Under the pieces are notes generated by a model, which saw only the letters and a list, made by a program, of their open reading frames with translations, did not search any database and was not told the origin of the DNA. Of a stretch of DNA of 64,000 bases, positions 62,746-64,000 are shown piece after piece (the first letter of the stretch is position 1; each line of letters starts with the position of its first letter). This DNA is from an uncultured Methanomicrobiaceae archaeon (GTDB lineage: Archaea > Halobacteriota > Methanomicrobia > Methanomicrobiales > Methanoculleaceae), in assembly GCA_963826525.1 (NCBI GenBank), contig CAWGXH010000005.1:96001-160000 (forward strand), in the 5' to 3' direction. The position numbers and the translations under genes were made by a program.

Positions 62746-63273
62746 ATGCTTGAAGTGGAAGTGAAGTACGCCGTCCCGAGCCTCGATGAGGTCAGGGCAA
62801 AACTCCTCGCGCTCGGGGCGGAGCAGTGCGGCTCGCAGCATGAACGGGACGTCTACTACAATGCACCCCACCGCGACTTCGGCGAGACCGACGAGGCGCT
62901 CAGGGTCAGGTATGCTGAAGGGACGTGCACCGTCACCTACAAAGGGCCTAAGATCCGGCTGAAGGGCACGAAGGCACGTGAAGAGTTCAATATGCAGGTT
63001 GATTCAGGCCTGACCGTCGAAGAGATACTCGGCCGCGTCGGCTTTGCGGCAACGGCAGAGGTGAACAAAGACCGTGAGTTCCTCGAGATCGATGGCGCGA
63101 CCGTTACCCTCGATACCGTCGAGGGACTCGGCACGTTCATCGAGATTGAAGTGCTTGCAGAAGAGAACGGGGAGAACGCTGCGGACCGGGTCAATGCCCT
63201 GGCAAAAGAACTTGGTGTGGAGGGTCCACCGCTCCACACGTCGTATCTTGAGATGATCCTCGCTAAACGCTGA
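62746..63273 (+). CDS. cyaB: CYTH-family protein (class IV adenylate cyclase-like / triphosphate tunnel enzyme)
   Basis: EVEVK, DVYY, LRVR, TYKGP, REE, LGTFIEIE, SYLE. Confidence 0.92.
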   Translation: MLEVEVKYAVPSLDEVRAKLLALGAEQCGSQHERDVYYNAPHRDFGETDEALRVRYAEGTCTVTYKGPKIRLKGTKAREEFNMQVDSGLTVEEILGRVGFAATAEVNKDREFLEIDGATVTLDTVEGLGTFIEIEVLAEENGENAADRVNALAKELGVEGPPLHTSYLEMILAKR

Positions 63274-63904
63274 TCATTTCTATCTGAATATCTTTGGGCT
63301 CCGATCCGAAGTGGATGAGAGCGCCGTACCCATCCGAGGCAGGGCCGGGGTTAACGATCTTGACGCCGTCAACTTCGGTGACTCCCCGCGCCTCATGGAT
63401 ATGCGCGCAGCATACGAGGTCGAAACGGTTCATATGTTCTCTGATACTCTGGCTCCCGACATGGTCGTCGCCGACGCTGTCGAGTGCCCCGTACGGCGGA
63501 GCATGCGAGAGCAGAACGTTGTGGACGTTCTTCTCCATCACTCCGACGAGACGTGTCATAATTGTGCCGATCTCTTCTTCGCTCAGTTCAAATGGTGTGC
63601 CGAACGGCGTCTGATTCGAACCTCCAAGGCCGGCAAGGGTGACCTTCCCGAGTGCCATCCACGAGTTGTGGAGGCAGACTGCGTCGGAGTGTTCAAGGAC
63701 GTCGATGATCTCTCGGGGATCACAGTTCCCCGGGACTGCAAAACACGGTACTTCGATGCTGGAAAGCACTGAATCTACAGGCTCAAGTGGACCGAAATTG
63801 GTTATATCGCCTGCTATGATGACTGCATCGTAGTCGTAAATCTGGAAACTCTCGAGTTTCCCGTATTGACCGTGCAGATCTGCTAGGAGTAGCACATCCA
63901 TCAT
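63263..63904 (-). CDS. Icc-like metallophosphoesterase
   Basis: ADLHG, GDIT, PGNCD, SHAPP, AHIHE, NPG. Confidence 0.9.
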   Translation of the reverse strand: MMDVLLLADLHGQYGKLESFQIYDYDAVIIAGDITNFGPLEPVDSVLSSIEVPCFAVPGNCDPREIIDVLEHSDAVCLHNSWMALGKVTLAGLGGSNQTPFGTPFELSEEEIGTIMTRLVGVMEKNVHNVLLSHAPPYGALDSVGDDHVGSQSIREHMNRFDLVCCAHIHEARGVTEVDGVKIVNPGPASDGYGALIHFGSEPKDIQIEMISV

Positions 63905-64000
63905 GTCTATACATGTGGAGTTCGTCTAAAAAACCTTATCTCATGTTCCATCCACGAACCCGTTATTTTCCCTGCCAGAGCGAGTCGACCGAGTATCTTC

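Noticed and set aside
1-64000. CRISPR array, rRNA or intact transposase
   Set aside because: No regularly spaced repeats, rRNA-like sequence or transposase motifs seen.

Overview
GC-rich archaeal chromosomal DNA from a hydrogenotrophic methanogen, most likely Methanomicrobiales (Methanoculleus-like; inferred from gene content and order). In order: a minus-strand operon joining an Eha-type energy-converting [NiFe]-hydrogenase to formylmethanofuran dehydrogenase genes (fwdD-B-A; fwdA runs off the left edge); an AI-2E transporter; tRNA-Leu(UAG); an accessory stretch (lipoprotein alpha/beta-hydrolase, candidate MITE, zinc-finger microprotein, solo IS200/IS605 hairpin, NifX/MinD-ferredoxin/DUF134 cluster); aIF1A and assorted small genes; a DEAD-box helicase; hom/ACT; suhB-nadK; aIF5A-speB; an archaellum and chemotaxis locus; a ribosome-rescue cluster (ABCE1, RqcH, pelota); and a STAND-like ATPase/CyaB/phosphoesterase trio. 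About 20 genes are split by small indels, which most likely reflects long-read sequencing error, so their coordinates are reconstructed. Best leads: (1) a ferredoxin that looks like a fusion of a hydrogenase NuoI/EchF-type subunit with FwdG, suggesting a physical Eha-Fwd complex; (2) aIF1A apparently starting at CUG; (3) a minimal single-hairpin IS200/IS605 remnant and a dispersed hairpin repeat family. All family assignments come from motif recognition by eye, not database searches.
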